Below, in pieces: positions 37,238-46,381 of a DNA stretch of 64,000 nucleotides. Within the stretch, counting starts at the first letter, position 1; each line of letters begins with the position of its first letter. The DNA is from Candidatus Micrarchaeota archaeon (GTDB lineage Archaea; Micrarchaeota; Micrarchaeia; Anstonellales; Anstonellaceae): contig JAOAJL010000001.1 of NCBI GenBank assembly GCA_026414185.1, positions 82,987-146,986 of the forward strand. The letters run 5' to 3'. The position numbers and the translations under genes are program-made. The notes under the pieces are model-generated. The model did no database searches, was not told where the DNA came from, and saw only the letters and a list, made by a program, of their open reading frames with translations.

Positions 37238-37947
37238 AATCCACTCCGCGCGGTGATTCCATGGATTCCTCTGAAAAGCACGTTGACAGCAAGGTGAAGC
37301 TGGTGTGGTTTGCCCCCACAGCAATCGCCATCGTGTTCATCTGGCTTGCCGCTTCCCTTTTTTATGCGGTCCTGATGCCCGATGGCTCCATAGCAGGGCT
37401 TTCAGACCTCGCCTTCGCCGTGCTTTTTCTTCTTGCCATTCTGCTTCTTGCCGGGCTTCCCGTCTATCTGTGGCTTGAGCTTACCTACCGCAACCTCACC
37501 TACCAGCTCACCGAGAGGGAGATAGTCATCCGCGAGGGGGTTCTTGCCAGAAAAACGACGGTAATTCCCTACGACAAGATACAGGATATTTCCTCTACCC
37601 GCAGCCTTTTTGAGAGGCTCGTGGGGCTTGCAACGCTTGAAATAGAGACTGCCGGCAGCTCGCGCACAGCCTCAGAAACCCTGCTGCCCGGAATCGCAAA
37701 CAAAGACGAGTTCATAAGCGAGGTGATGCGCAGGGTGGAAAGCACAAAGCCAAAAGAAGGAGCGTCCCAAAAAGAGCACCAGCCAAGTCCGTCCGAGGCA
37801 CTCCTCTCCGAGATTCTGAAAGAATTAAAAACAATTTCGCTCAAACTGGACAGCTTGTCCAAGGAATCCCAAAAAAGACCAGCCCTAAAGCCTGAAAGGA
37901 CAGGCGCCTCAATATTTGAGGAATATGGGCAGTTCAAAAAGAGGTAG
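37234..37947 (+). CDS. bacterial-type PH domain (bPH_2/YdbS-like) membrane protein
   Basis: Two TM helices then TYQLTEREIVIREGVLARKTTVIPYDKIQDI...LATLEIETAGS, characteristic of bPH_2. Start overlaps the upstream stop (ATGA). Confidence 0.55.
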   Translation: MKSTPRGDSMDSSEKHVDSKVKLVWFAPTAIAIVFIWLAASLFYAVLMPDGSIAGLSDLAFAVLFLLAILLLAGLPVYLWLELTYRNLTYQLTEREIVIREGVLARKTTVIPYDKIQDISSTRSLFERLVGLATLEIETAGSSRTASETLLPGIANKDEFISEVMRRVESTKPKEGASQKEHQPSPSEALLSEILKELKTISLKLDSLSKESQKRPALKPERTGASIFEEYGQFKKR

Positions 37948-37951
37948 ATAG

Positions 37952-38125
37952 ATGGTCAGCTTTTCAAAATACGAGCTTGCAAGGCTAATTGGCGCTCGCG
38001 CCCTGCAGCTGTCCTATGGCGCGCCCCCACTTGTTGAGGTGAAGCCAGGCTCAACTGCGATAGATGTTGCCAAGGCTGAGCTTGAAATGGGCGTGATACC
38101 TCTTGTCGTTCTTCGGCAGGCTTAG
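37952..38125 (+). CDS. rpoK: DNA-directed RNA polymerase subunit K (Rpo6/RpoK)
   Basis: 57-aa ORF not in the ORF track (under 60 aa): MVSFSKYELARLIGARALQLSYGAPPLVEV...IPLVVLRQA matches the conserved Rpb6/RpoK core. Confidence 0.6.
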   Translation: MVSFSKYELARLIGARALQLSYGAPPLVEVKPGSTAIDVAKAELEMGVIPLVVLRQA

Positions 38126-38802
38126 CGCTCAGACTGCCTTTCCGGCTCAGTGGGGTTGGAAAAGCAAAAGTCAAGCAGCCTGCTTTGCTTTTCTGCCGCA
38201 AGCGTCGCCCATTTCTTCCTTATGTATTTTTCAAGCAGAGGGTATTGCCTTCTTTTCGCTATTATCTGCTGGGTGAATGGGTCGGACGTGTAGCCTGAGT
38301 TGAAATCCACCCCAACCTCCTTTTTTATCCTCTCAATTTCCCTGTCGCGGGTGACTTTCGCGATGATGGAAGCGGCGCCTACAATCACATACTTGTCGTC
38401 AGCCTTGTTGGTACACACCAGTTTCAGCTTCGTCTTGAGATACCTCTCAATCCTCTTCGCGAATTTTTGCGGGACATTATCAGGCGAATCCACATAGACA
38501 GTGGCATTCTTTATGCCGAGGGTGTCAAGGGCATGCGCTATCTTCATCGCCTCAATCTCGTTTAAGTTGTGCTTTTCCATCAGCAGATTGATTTCCTCCG
38601 CAGTTATCTTTACAGTCGTGTATCTTGTCAGCCTTCCGACCTTGCCATAAAGCCGTTCTCTCTGGCGCGGCGTGAGGCGCTTTGAATCCTTCACGCCCAG
38701 CTCTTTGAGGCGGTATTCTTCCAGCGGGTTTATGGCAGCTGCACAGATGACCATCGGGCCTATTATGCAGCCGCGCCCAGCCTCATCAACGCCCACAATC
38801 AT
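38122..38802 (-). CDS. rnhB: ribonuclease HII
   Basis: MIVGVDEAGRGCIIGPMVI active-site N-terminus. Start at cat 38800-38802. Confidence 0.8.
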   Translation of the reverse strand: MIVGVDEAGRGCIIGPMVICAAAINPLEEYRLKELGVKDSKRLTPRQRERLYGKVGRLTRYTTVKITAEEINLLMEKHNLNEIEAMKIAHALDTLGIKNATVYVDSPDNVPQKFAKRIERYLKTKLKLVCTNKADDKYVIVGAASIIAKVTRDREIERIKKEVGVDFNSGYTSDPFTQQIIAKRRQYPLLEKYIRKKWATLAAEKQSRLLDFCFSNPTEPERQSER

Positions 38803-38853
38803 GCCAACCACGCCTAAAGCATTTCGTTTCAAAGGTTAATAAGCGCTATCCCA

Positions 38854-39114
38854 TCAGGCAACCTCAATCTCCTTTACCGTCAGACTGCCCTCTTCACCCC
38901 CGTCATTTATCTCCACGCTTGCGTTTGGGAACGCCGCGTGCATAGCCTTTGCGATTTCAACCTTGGAAATCCTGCCGACTCCGACTGCGAGCCGGATGAC
39001 AAGAACACGCTGCCCGCCTGCCGCTTCCCTTATTATCTCAATCGCCTGCCGTATCATGCTTGGCGGCTCGGGCTCATCCGTCGTGGTGGTTTCCTCCATG
39101 CTAAAAGTAGGCAA
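38854..39114 (-). CDS. hypothetical small protein
   Basis: 86 aa with an acidic N-terminus and a conserved-looking core IRQAIEIIREAAGGQRVLVIRLAVGVGRISKVEIAKAM. No family assignment was possible by eye. Confidence 0.35.
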   Translation of the reverse strand: MPTFSMEETTTTDEPEPPSMIRQAIEIIREAAGGQRVLVIRLAVGVGRISKVEIAKAMHAAFPNASVEINDGGEEGSLTVKEIEVA

Positions 39115-39121
39115 GCAAGCT

Positions 39122-40351
39122 TTAAAACTCGTTCAACCTTCTTTGCGCAAGCACCCTGCTTCTTTTGAGGTATTCTGCCAAAGGCACTGCAAGCCTGCCT
39201 GCGAGGTAGGCAAGGGCTTCCGGAAGGGTGTCAAAGACCACAGGGCTTTTCATAAAGGCGTGCCGGACGTTTTCCCGGACCTCCCAAACGCCAACGGGCA
39301 CCGAATAGCCGCTGCCAATTTCACGAAAGACTATGCAGCGCGCCTGCCTTTTCATGCGCGCAAGAGCCTCGGCGACAGCAAGCCTTGCGGCGTAATAGCC
39401 GCCGCCCTGGCTTTCGGCAAAGTCAGCCCTGCCGAAAAAGCCCTCATATTCCTCTGAAATGGCAGCCTCGCCCTGCCAGCCGCCAAGCCCGGCTGAAGAG
39501 GAAGGAAATCCTGCCTGCCTTTTCTCATACAGCATCTCAATCCGCCTGCTCAAGGCGCACTCAAACTGCTCATACTCAAAGTTACCCGGCAGAAGAAGAA
39601 TCTCAAAGCGGTTGTCAAGGTATGTGTTGGAATACACAAGGACCTTTTCAATCTGCCTTTGTAGTCGGACGGTTTCCAAGTGCCGTTTCGCAACAACATC
39701 GTCCGCCGCCGTGATCGCCCATTTTGTCGGAACCATCTTCCTTGACTTTTTTTCCCCCAGTATGCCGCAGGCAAGAAGCTTGGAAAGATAATGGACATCA
39801 AAGCCGGCCTCCGCAAGCTCGCCAAGCGCCTCAGCGGCTTTAAGCCCCTCTTCGCAAACCGCATCAACCTTCCTTGGAACAGATGGGTTCTCTGCAAGCT
39901 CAAAGCGCACGATGGGGGCGCTTGCCCCGACTGGATGGACTACGCCGTCAAACTCAAAAGAGAACCTCGGCGGCTTAGAAAATCCAGCCTCAACATCAAC
40001 GGGCTTTATGCTCATCACAGCATCCTGCGCCTCAGAAAGCAGCCTGCTTTGCACCCTGACATTGTCCTTCCTCTTGCCCCTCACCAACCCAGACCTCTGC
40101 CTTATGATTTCCTCAAGCCCCATGCCGTACATCCGGCGCGGGTCGTCCTCCACAGGCTCGGCGGAAACAAGCGGTCCCCAAAAAACATCCGGGTAGAAGG
40201 CATGGCCAACAAAGACATTGGGCGGCGTGGGTCCAAACATTTCCTGCATAAGCTTGCCATTAAGCTGACGCCTTATTTCAAGCGCGGCGTTGTGGGGGCA
40301 AAAGACCCTTCCCTGCCGCCTGCAGCTTTCGCAAAGGGAAGCCATCAGCAT
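39122..40351 (-). CDS. putative Nre-family (NreA-like) archaeal DNA repair-associated protein
   Basis: About 410 aa with an N-terminal C-x2-C...C-x-H cluster (CESCRRQGRVFCPH) and overall size and composition like the archaeal Nre N/C-domain family. Assigned from memory of the family, not verified. Confidence 0.4.
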   Translation of the reverse strand: MLMASLCESCRRQGRVFCPHNAALEIRRQLNGKLMQEMFGPTPPNVFVGHAFYPDVFWGPLVSAEPVEDDPRRMYGMGLEEIIRQRSGLVRGKRKDNVRVQSRLLSEAQDAVMSIKPVDVEAGFSKPPRFSFEFDGVVHPVGASAPIVRFELAENPSVPRKVDAVCEEGLKAAEALGELAEAGFDVHYLSKLLACGILGEKKSRKMVPTKWAITAADDVVAKRHLETVRLQRQIEKVLVYSNTYLDNRFEILLLPGNFEYEQFECALSRRIEMLYEKRQAGFPSSSAGLGGWQGEAAISEEYEGFFGRADFAESQGGGYYAARLAVAEALARMKRQARCIVFREIGSGYSVPVGVWEVRENVRHAFMKSPVVFDTLPEALAYLAGRLAVPLAEYLKRSRVLAQRRLNEF

Positions 40352-40398
40352 GGCTTTGGCGCCTTTCTTTATAAAAAGTTGCAAGCCAAGCTTCCAGT

Positions 40399-41202
40399 AT
40401 GGCACTCAAAAAAGGAGGCGGCGCGCAATTGGCGCAAGCCGGGCTTCTGCTGGTGGGGCTTGGCATAGGGGACGAGAAGGGCATTTCGCTTGAAGCCCTT
40501 AGGGAGCTTAGGAAATGCAGCAGGGTTTTTGCGGAAGCATACACCAGCCTGCTTCCCGAGGGCACGCTTCCGCGGCTGGAGAGATTGATTGGGAAAAAAA
40601 TCGCGCTCCTGTCGCGCCAGGAGGTTGAGGGGGAGCAAGCCCTTCTGGAACATGCGGCATCTGAAAGAACAGCCCTAATCGTGCCAGGCGACCCCCTTGT
40701 CGCTACAACCCACATCTCCCTTCTCATTTCAGCAATGAAAAAAGGCATACCTGCCCGCATCCTCCACGCATCCTCAATAATATCAGCGGCAATAAGCGAG
40801 TCTGGCCTGCAGGCATACAAATTCGGAAAAACTGCGACGCTTGCTTACTGGAGGGATAATTACAAGCCTATGGCAGCATATGAGGCGGCTGCCGAGAATC
40901 ACAAGCGGGGACTGCACACCCTGCTTCTTCTTGACATAGACGAAAAGCTCGGTCCCATGAAGCCGTCCGTCGCCGCAGGAATCCTCCTGAAGATGGAGAA
41001 GAAGGCAAAAAAAGGGATTTTTATGCCGACCACTAAGCTGGTGTGTCTATTTTCAGTTGGGAGAAGTCGCTTCCGACGGCTCTACCTTTCCCTCTCCGAG
41101 CTGCTGGCAGGGGTTCCGCACGAGAAGGATTCTTTGCCAGCGACGTTGGTTTTGCCTGGGAAGATGCACTTTCTTGAGTCGGAATTTCTGGAGCTTCTAT
41201 GA
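40399..41202 (+). CDS. dph5: diphthine synthase (tetrapyrrole-methylase fold)
   Basis: LLLVGLGIGDEKGISLEALRELRKCSRVFAEAYTS N-terminus and a C-terminal ...LPATLVLPGKMHFLESEFL typical of Dph5. Confidence 0.75.
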   Translation: MALKKGGGAQLAQAGLLLVGLGIGDEKGISLEALRELRKCSRVFAEAYTSLLPEGTLPRLERLIGKKIALLSRQEVEGEQALLEHAASERTALIVPGDPLVATTHISLLISAMKKGIPARILHASSIISAAISESGLQAYKFGKTATLAYWRDNYKPMAAYEAAAENHKRGLHTLLLLDIDEKLGPMKPSVAAGILLKMEKKAKKGIFMPTTKLVCLFSVGRSRFRRLYLSLSELLAGVPHEKDSLPATLVLPGKMHFLESEFLELL

Positions 41203-42514
41203 TGCACTTGGTTCCGCCCACACCTACCCAGTCTTTCGCGTCAAAGCCCGGCGCAATCTCCGCCCTTATTGCCTCGTCGTAAAGGCGGCTTATCTTGGGC
41301 AGTGCCGAGATTATTTTCTTCGGGGGGCAGGGAACCCCGATTATGGTGCGCCTTGGCGCAAGGGCGCGCTCCACAAGGCTCTGCCTCTCAAAAAGCTCGC
41401 TTTCGGGCACGCCGCTTCCTTTTGAAACCGCATAAAATGCCGCCTCCTTGCTTATCGCCGGCATCTCAATCTCGCCAAATCCCTGCGAGGTGCAAAAATA
41501 GGTAACGACAAGGCTAAGCGAATAGGGGACCTGGTCTATGAGCCGCTCGCTGTAATCCCTCTTGCCCGCAATCACATACCTTGCAAGAAAACCCTCAAGG
41601 GCGCGCCGGCTTTCCATCTCAACAAGGGGTGCGAATGTGCCGGTTCCGCACGCCTTAATCGCATGCCTGCCAAGCGACGCCAGATAAGCGTCTATCTTCC
41701 GAATTACCCTCGTTATCGCCGCAAGCTTTGCCTCTGCCTTGAGTTTCCTTTCCTGCGGCCCTTCAAGGAAGTTGAAGAGGGCGTCATAAAACTTGCAGAT
41801 TATCGCAGGCAGGCTCTGCGCAGCCACCTTTTTCGCATACTCAAACCAATCCTTCTTCCTCATGTTGCTGAGAAGCTCAAGCTCCGACTTTGCCCGAGCC
41901 CCATAATAATTCTCAAAATAGGCAAGCATCTTCGCGTAATCATGCGTATCCACAATGCGCGCGTCTGGCCAGGCTGAACCACGAAAAGAAATTTTCGGCA
42001 GGTTGGGGTCTTTCGCATCTTCCGCCAAGTCGTGCAGGTAGCCCACTGCGACAAGGCTTGGGGGGAAGCCGGCGCTTGCGATTCCAGATGCCACCTTCGC
42101 AGGGTGAGTTTCGGCGCCGTTGCCGCTTTCGCGAAGGGTCCTGCGAATGCCGTAGCTTTCAAGCAGGGTAAGCATGGAGCGGAAAAGAAGCTGTTGTTGG
42201 GCAGAGAGGGCGCTTGGCGGCAGGCTTTCTCTTTCAAGAGTCAGTTTCCCACCGGTTAATCTCGCACCAAACCCATATTGCTGGCAGACATACGCCAAGT
42301 GCGCGCCAAGCTCGCAGTGGTCAAATTCACGCAGGTATCTCTCGCAGAGAGGCGCAGGCAGTTGCGCCTCTATCTTTCCCCTGCGGTATTCAAGGGGAGA
42401 AAGCCAGAATTCCTTCGCTGCCTTCTGCATGGAAGAAATCCGCCCGCTTGCCCCTGCTGACAGGCGCTTTTGCATACAATCAACGCCGCCTCCCACGGCG
42501 GCATGAAGGGGCAA
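41033..42514 (-). CDS. HD-domain phosphohydrolase
   Basis: H...HD...D motif HPAKVASGIASAGFPPSLVAVGYLHDLAED. 493 aa; the low-complexity C-terminal tail overlaps the dph5 3' end by 170 nt. Confidence 0.5.
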   Translation of the reverse strand: MPLHAAVGGGVDCMQKRLSAGASGRISSMQKAAKEFWLSPLEYRRGKIEAQLPAPLCERYLREFDHCELGAHLAYVCQQYGFGARLTGGKLTLERESLPPSALSAQQQLLFRSMLTLLESYGIRRTLRESGNGAETHPAKVASGIASAGFPPSLVAVGYLHDLAEDAKDPNLPKISFRGSAWPDARIVDTHDYAKMLAYFENYYGARAKSELELLSNMRKKDWFEYAKKVAAQSLPAIICKFYDALFNFLEGPQERKLKAEAKLAAITRVIRKIDAYLASLGRHAIKACGTGTFAPLVEMESRRALEGFLARYVIAGKRDYSERLIDQVPYSLSLVVTYFCTSQGFGEIEMPAISKEAAFYAVSKGSGVPESELFERQSLVERALAPRRTIIGVPCPPKKIISALPKISRLYDEAIRAEIAPGFDAKDWVGVGGTKCIIEAPEIPTQESASSQAKPTSLAKNPSRAEPLPAARRGKGRAVGSDFSQLKIDTPA

Positions 42515-42555
42515 AACACACGCATTAGGGGGTTAATAATCCTTCCTACAAAACG

Positions 42556-43554
42556 CTATCTTGGGCAGGCTCCCCTTGCGGAAAGCACCACAACCCTGCT
42601 TTCAAAAGAAGTTTCCTTTTTTATCGCATGCGAAATGCGGCGGGCATCCTTTTTTTCCACAAGGGCAAGCACCGCTCCGCCCTCCCCGCCAGCGCCAGTC
42701 AGCTTTGCCCCAAGCGCCCCTGCGGAGAGGGCGCAGCAGACTGCCTCCTCAATCCCCCTTGAGCTTACTTTCCTCTTTTTGAGAAGCTCGTGGTTTTTGT
42801 TCATAAGCATCCCAAGAAGCCGCGCATCCCCTGTGCCAAGATACTGGCGCACTCCTTGCCAGATGCCCTCAAATTCATCAACCACGCTTTTCCTCTTTTC
42901 CGGCGGGGCGTTTTTTGGAAGGCAGGCTATGCCGAAGCTTTCCGAGAACCGCTCCACCATCTTGGCAGTTTCGCTTTTTTGCCCTCGGAAAGTGTCTATC
43001 AAGAGGAGCACGGTCCCACGCGGAAGGGCGAATTTTGCCATTTCGTATGCAAAAGAGGGCGGGCTGAAGCTCTTTCGGAAAAAAACAGCGCCGCCCAGGG
43101 AAACCACCGTTGCGTCCATCCCCGACGCCCTGCCGCCGTGCGCAACATTGTCGCCTGCCAAGACAGCGTCAAGAAATTCGCTTTTGCTTCTTTTCTTCCG
43201 CGCCAGCCTCAAAAGCCCGGCGGCAAAGGCGGCGCAAAGCGAAGCCGAGGTTCCCGCCCCCTTAGTTTTCCAGGCAGGGCGAAACTCGGCAAGGCAGGGC
43301 GGAAAATCGCCATGCGGAAACAGGGCGGATGCGACAGCAGCATAGGGCATGAGTTTCTCGCAGCCATCATAGCCCTCAGGGCTTATTTTTCCCCTGCCAA
43401 GCGAAGAGCGGAGCACGATTGCGCCACCATTTGTTTCGGAAAAAAGAACCCGGTTTCTTGGTTCTATCGCCAGCGCCAAGGCGGGCGCGCCATAAACCGC
43501 ATAATGCTCCCCGAAAAGGATTGCCTTTGAAGGCGCAGAGGCGCACACCCTCAT
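42556..43554 (-). CDS. mvk: mevalonate kinase (GHMP kinase)
   Basis: APSKAILFGEHYAVYGAPALA N-terminus and the GHMP motif. Start at MRVCASAPSK. Confidence 0.75.
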   Translation of the reverse strand: MRVCASAPSKAILFGEHYAVYGAPALALAIEPRNRVLFSETNGGAIVLRSSLGRGKISPEGYDGCEKLMPYAAVASALFPHGDFPPCLAEFRPAWKTKGAGTSASLCAAFAAGLLRLARKKRSKSEFLDAVLAGDNVAHGGRASGMDATVVSLGGAVFFRKSFSPPSFAYEMAKFALPRGTVLLLIDTFRGQKSETAKMVERFSESFGIACLPKNAPPEKRKSVVDEFEGIWQGVRQYLGTGDARLLGMLMNKNHELLKKRKVSSRGIEEAVCCALSAGALGAKLTGAGGEGGAVLALVEKKDARRISHAIKKETSFESRVVVLSARGACPR

Positions 43555-43606
43555 AAGCAGATGATGATGGCGCAGGTATATATTGTTTGATGCCCTTTGC
43601 TTGAAT

Positions 43607-43780
43607 ATGGACTTTGTGACCGCCGTCATCGCAACATCCTGCCTGGCGCTCGCCGCCCTCGTCTATCTGATGTGGCGCGCCGCGACGCAGGAGGACTGGC
43701 AGGGTGTTTCATACCAGGAGAAGAAGAGGTGGCGGATTGAAGAGGAGCGGCGCAAGGAAAGAAGCGGGCAGGGCGCCTGA
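43607..43780 (+). CDS. small hypothetical membrane protein
   Basis: One TM helix (VTAVIATSCLALAALVYLMW) then a basic tail. Weak call. Confidence 0.3.
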   Translation: MDFVTAVIATSCLALAALVYLMWRAATQEDWQGVSYQEKKRWRIEEERRKERSGQGA

Positions 43781-43792
43781 TGCTTCAGCGAG

Positions 43793-44575
43793 GTGTTTTG
43801 GGTGAAAAAAGCAGGGCAAAATCCAGAAGGAAAGCCAAAGCCGCAGGGTCAAGCAGCCAAAAAACCGCTGCTTTCCAGCGCATCGGATTTTCTCAAAAAG
43901 GCATACGAGAGCATGCCTCTTGTCCCCTTTCTTGACAGGCAGACCTCCGCCCTGCTTTACCTTTGCATAGCCTTATACCTTTTCTTCATCGCAGCCGTCT
44001 TTTTCCTTGCCCCGCAGTTCCAGATAACCACTGATGTCCATGAGCAGCCGCTTCAAAAAAACTCGCAGTTGCGGATAAAGCCCGGCGAAAGCTACACCTA
44101 CCTTCTTTCTGACGGCAGGGAAAAGAAGCTGACAACCTATCTTGCGCGCTCTTCGCCAAGCTGCAACGGCGTGCTGCTGTATGAGGCGGAAAGCGGGGAC
44201 CAGCTTTGCCTTCTTGAGAACGGCTTTGAGCAGGGCTCTCCAAGGCAAAGCAACAGCGGCTATGGGAACCACTCCCCCCTCATTTTTTCCCCCTGGATGC
44301 TTGCTGTTTCGGAAAATTTCAGCTGGAAGGTGGAATCTGAGGCGAGGGTGGGGGACATAAAAACCATCTTTCCGCTCACCTTCCGCTCGGAGGGAAAAAA
44401 AGAGGTGGCTGGCAGGCAGGCTTTTTCAGTAGGGCTATACCTGACAGATGCATCAGCCGAGCCGATGCGCCTTTACATAGACGAGGAAAAACGAGTCCTT
44501 CTGCTACTTGGCTCTGGCAATTTCACCGCAAGGCTGGTTTCCGCCCCCTTTGCCCTCAACTGGTCAAAAGGCTAG
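43793..44575 (+). CDS. hypothetical membrane-anchored protein
   Basis: TM helix LLYLCIALYLFFIAAVFFLA followed by a soluble domain; 260 aa. Confidence 0.4.
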   Translation: MFWVKKAGQNPEGKPKPQGQAAKKPLLSSASDFLKKAYESMPLVPFLDRQTSALLYLCIALYLFFIAAVFFLAPQFQITTDVHEQPLQKNSQLRIKPGESYTYLLSDGREKKLTTYLARSSPSCNGVLLYEAESGDQLCLLENGFEQGSPRQSNSGYGNHSPLIFSPWMLAVSENFSWKVESEARVGDIKTIFPLTFRSEGKKEVAGRQAFSVGLYLTDASAEPMRLYIDEEKRVLLLLGSGNFTARLVSAPFALNWSKG

Positions 44576-46182
44576 CCCTTTTTGGAAAATTCGGCGCATG
44601 CCTTGAGAAAAGCGACAAAAAGGGGCGCGGGGCGCTCAAGCCTTGACTTGAGCTCAGGATGCGCCTGAGTGCCAACCCCCCAGCCATCAGGCCATTCTAC
44701 CATTTCAACTATGCTTCCGTCAGGGGAGGTTCCTGAAACCACCAAGCCCGACCGCTCCAGTCTTTCGCGATAATCGTTGTTCACCTCATATCTGTGGCGG
44801 TGGCGCTCAGAAATCTCCTCCTTCCCGTATGCTTCATAAGCCCGCGTCCCTCTTTTGAGCCTGCAAGGCCAGGCGCCAAGCCTCTGGTTGCCCCCCTTTT
44901 CCCTCACCTCCCTCTGCTCAGGCAGGAAATCAATCACAGGGTAAGGCGTTTTCTCATCCACTTCCGTGGTGTTGGCTTTTTCCATGCCAGCCTTGTTGCG
45001 CGCCCATTCAATGACCGCCATCTGCAAGCCGTAGCAGAGCCCCAAAAACGGCATTCCGTTCTCCCGCGCGTATTTTACACAGGCTATCTTCCCCTCAACG
45101 CCTCTGCTTCCATACCCCCCAGGCACTATTATGCCGTCGCATCCGGAAAGCAGCTCTCTTACAGAGGCTTTGCCATCCTCAATCTCCGAAGTTTCAACCC
45201 ACTTTATGTTTGCCCTCGTTGCAGTGGCTGCACCAGCATGCACAAGGGCTTCCTTTATGGAAACATAGGCGTCCTTAACCGCGGTGTATTTGCCCGTGAT
45301 TGCTACGCTGACTTCTCTCTTGGGGCTCTTTATCCTCTCCACAAGAGCGCGCCATTCCTTCATATCCTCGTCTTTCTCTTCAATCCCAAGCTCGGAAAGA
45401 AGAAGCTCGGTCATTTTCTGCCTTTCCAGTATCAGAGGAAGCTCGTAGATGGTCGCAACATCCGGGTCATCAAAGACGTTGGAGGGCGGGACGTTGCAGA
45501 ACATTGATATTTTTTCCCTCGCCTCGCGCGAAAGCGGTTCGTCCTGCCTGCAGATGATTATTTTCGGGAGAATGCCCATGGACTGGATGAGCTTGTTTGC
45601 GTGTTGCGTCGGTTTTGTCTTCGGCTCGCCCTCCGACATAGAGGGGACCCAGGTGAGCTGGACAAAAAGCACCCTCTCCTCTGCCGCAAGCTGCCGCATA
45701 GCCTCCAGAAAATAGCCATTCTCCAAATCGCCCACAGTGCCGCCGACCTCAACAATCACGACGTCCGCATCCTGCTCCTGCCCGGTTCTCCTCACCCAGC
45801 CTTTAATCTCATCGGTCAGGTGCGGAACAATCTGAACGTCGCGCCCCAGAAAGCCGCCTCGCCTTTCCTTCTCAATTATGTTGCGGAAAAGCTTCCCGCC
45901 GGTTATGCTGTTTGCGGAGGAAAGGTCCGCATTCAAAAAGCGCTCGTAGGTTCCAAAATCCATGTCGCACTCCGTCCCGTCATCCAGAACAAAAACCTCG
46001 CCGTGCCTGAAAGGGTTCATCGTGCCGCAATCCACATTGAGGTAGCCGTCAAACTTTATCGGGGAAACCTTCAGCCCGCGGCTTTGCAGAAGCTTACCTA
46101 TGGAAGCAGTAACTATTCCCTTGCCCAACCCGGACATCAGGGAACCTAATACGACGATATATTTCCTCTGCTTAAGCCGCAT
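44572..46182 (-). CDS. pyrG: CTP synthase
   Basis: N-terminal KYIVVLGSLMSGLGKG, the GGTVGD motif and the glutamine amidotransferase LGLCYGLQ. Start at cat 46180-46182. Confidence 0.85.
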   Translation of the reverse strand: MRLKQRKYIVVLGSLMSGLGKGIVTASIGKLLQSRGLKVSPIKFDGYLNVDCGTMNPFRHGEVFVLDDGTECDMDFGTYERFLNADLSSANSITGGKLFRNIIEKERRGGFLGRDVQIVPHLTDEIKGWVRRTGQEQDADVVIVEVGGTVGDLENGYFLEAMRQLAAEERVLFVQLTWVPSMSEGEPKTKPTQHANKLIQSMGILPKIIICRQDEPLSREAREKISMFCNVPPSNVFDDPDVATIYELPLILERQKMTELLLSELGIEEKDEDMKEWRALVERIKSPKREVSVAITGKYTAVKDAYVSIKEALVHAGAATATRANIKWVETSEIEDGKASVRELLSGCDGIIVPGGYGSRGVEGKIACVKYARENGMPFLGLCYGLQMAVIEWARNKAGMEKANTTEVDEKTPYPVIDFLPEQREVREKGGNQRLGAWPCRLKRGTRAYEAYGKEEISERHRHRYEVNNDYRERLERSGLVVSGTSPDGSIVEMVEWPDGWGVGTQAHPELKSRLERPAPLFVAFLKACAEFSKKG

Positions 46183-46381
46183 ACGGAATTCCACTTCTGC
46201 GATAACATATATATAGATGATATTTTCCGAGAAAGACGCGAAAGAAAGGCGCAACCTTTTTTGCAAACCCCAAACCGACCTAATGGTTATTATTCTCTTG
46301 CTTTTCTAACGCCATCCGGACACAAAACAAAACGGCTGGTTTTGCGCACAGCCAACCTGCCTGGCAGAGGGGAAGATAGGA

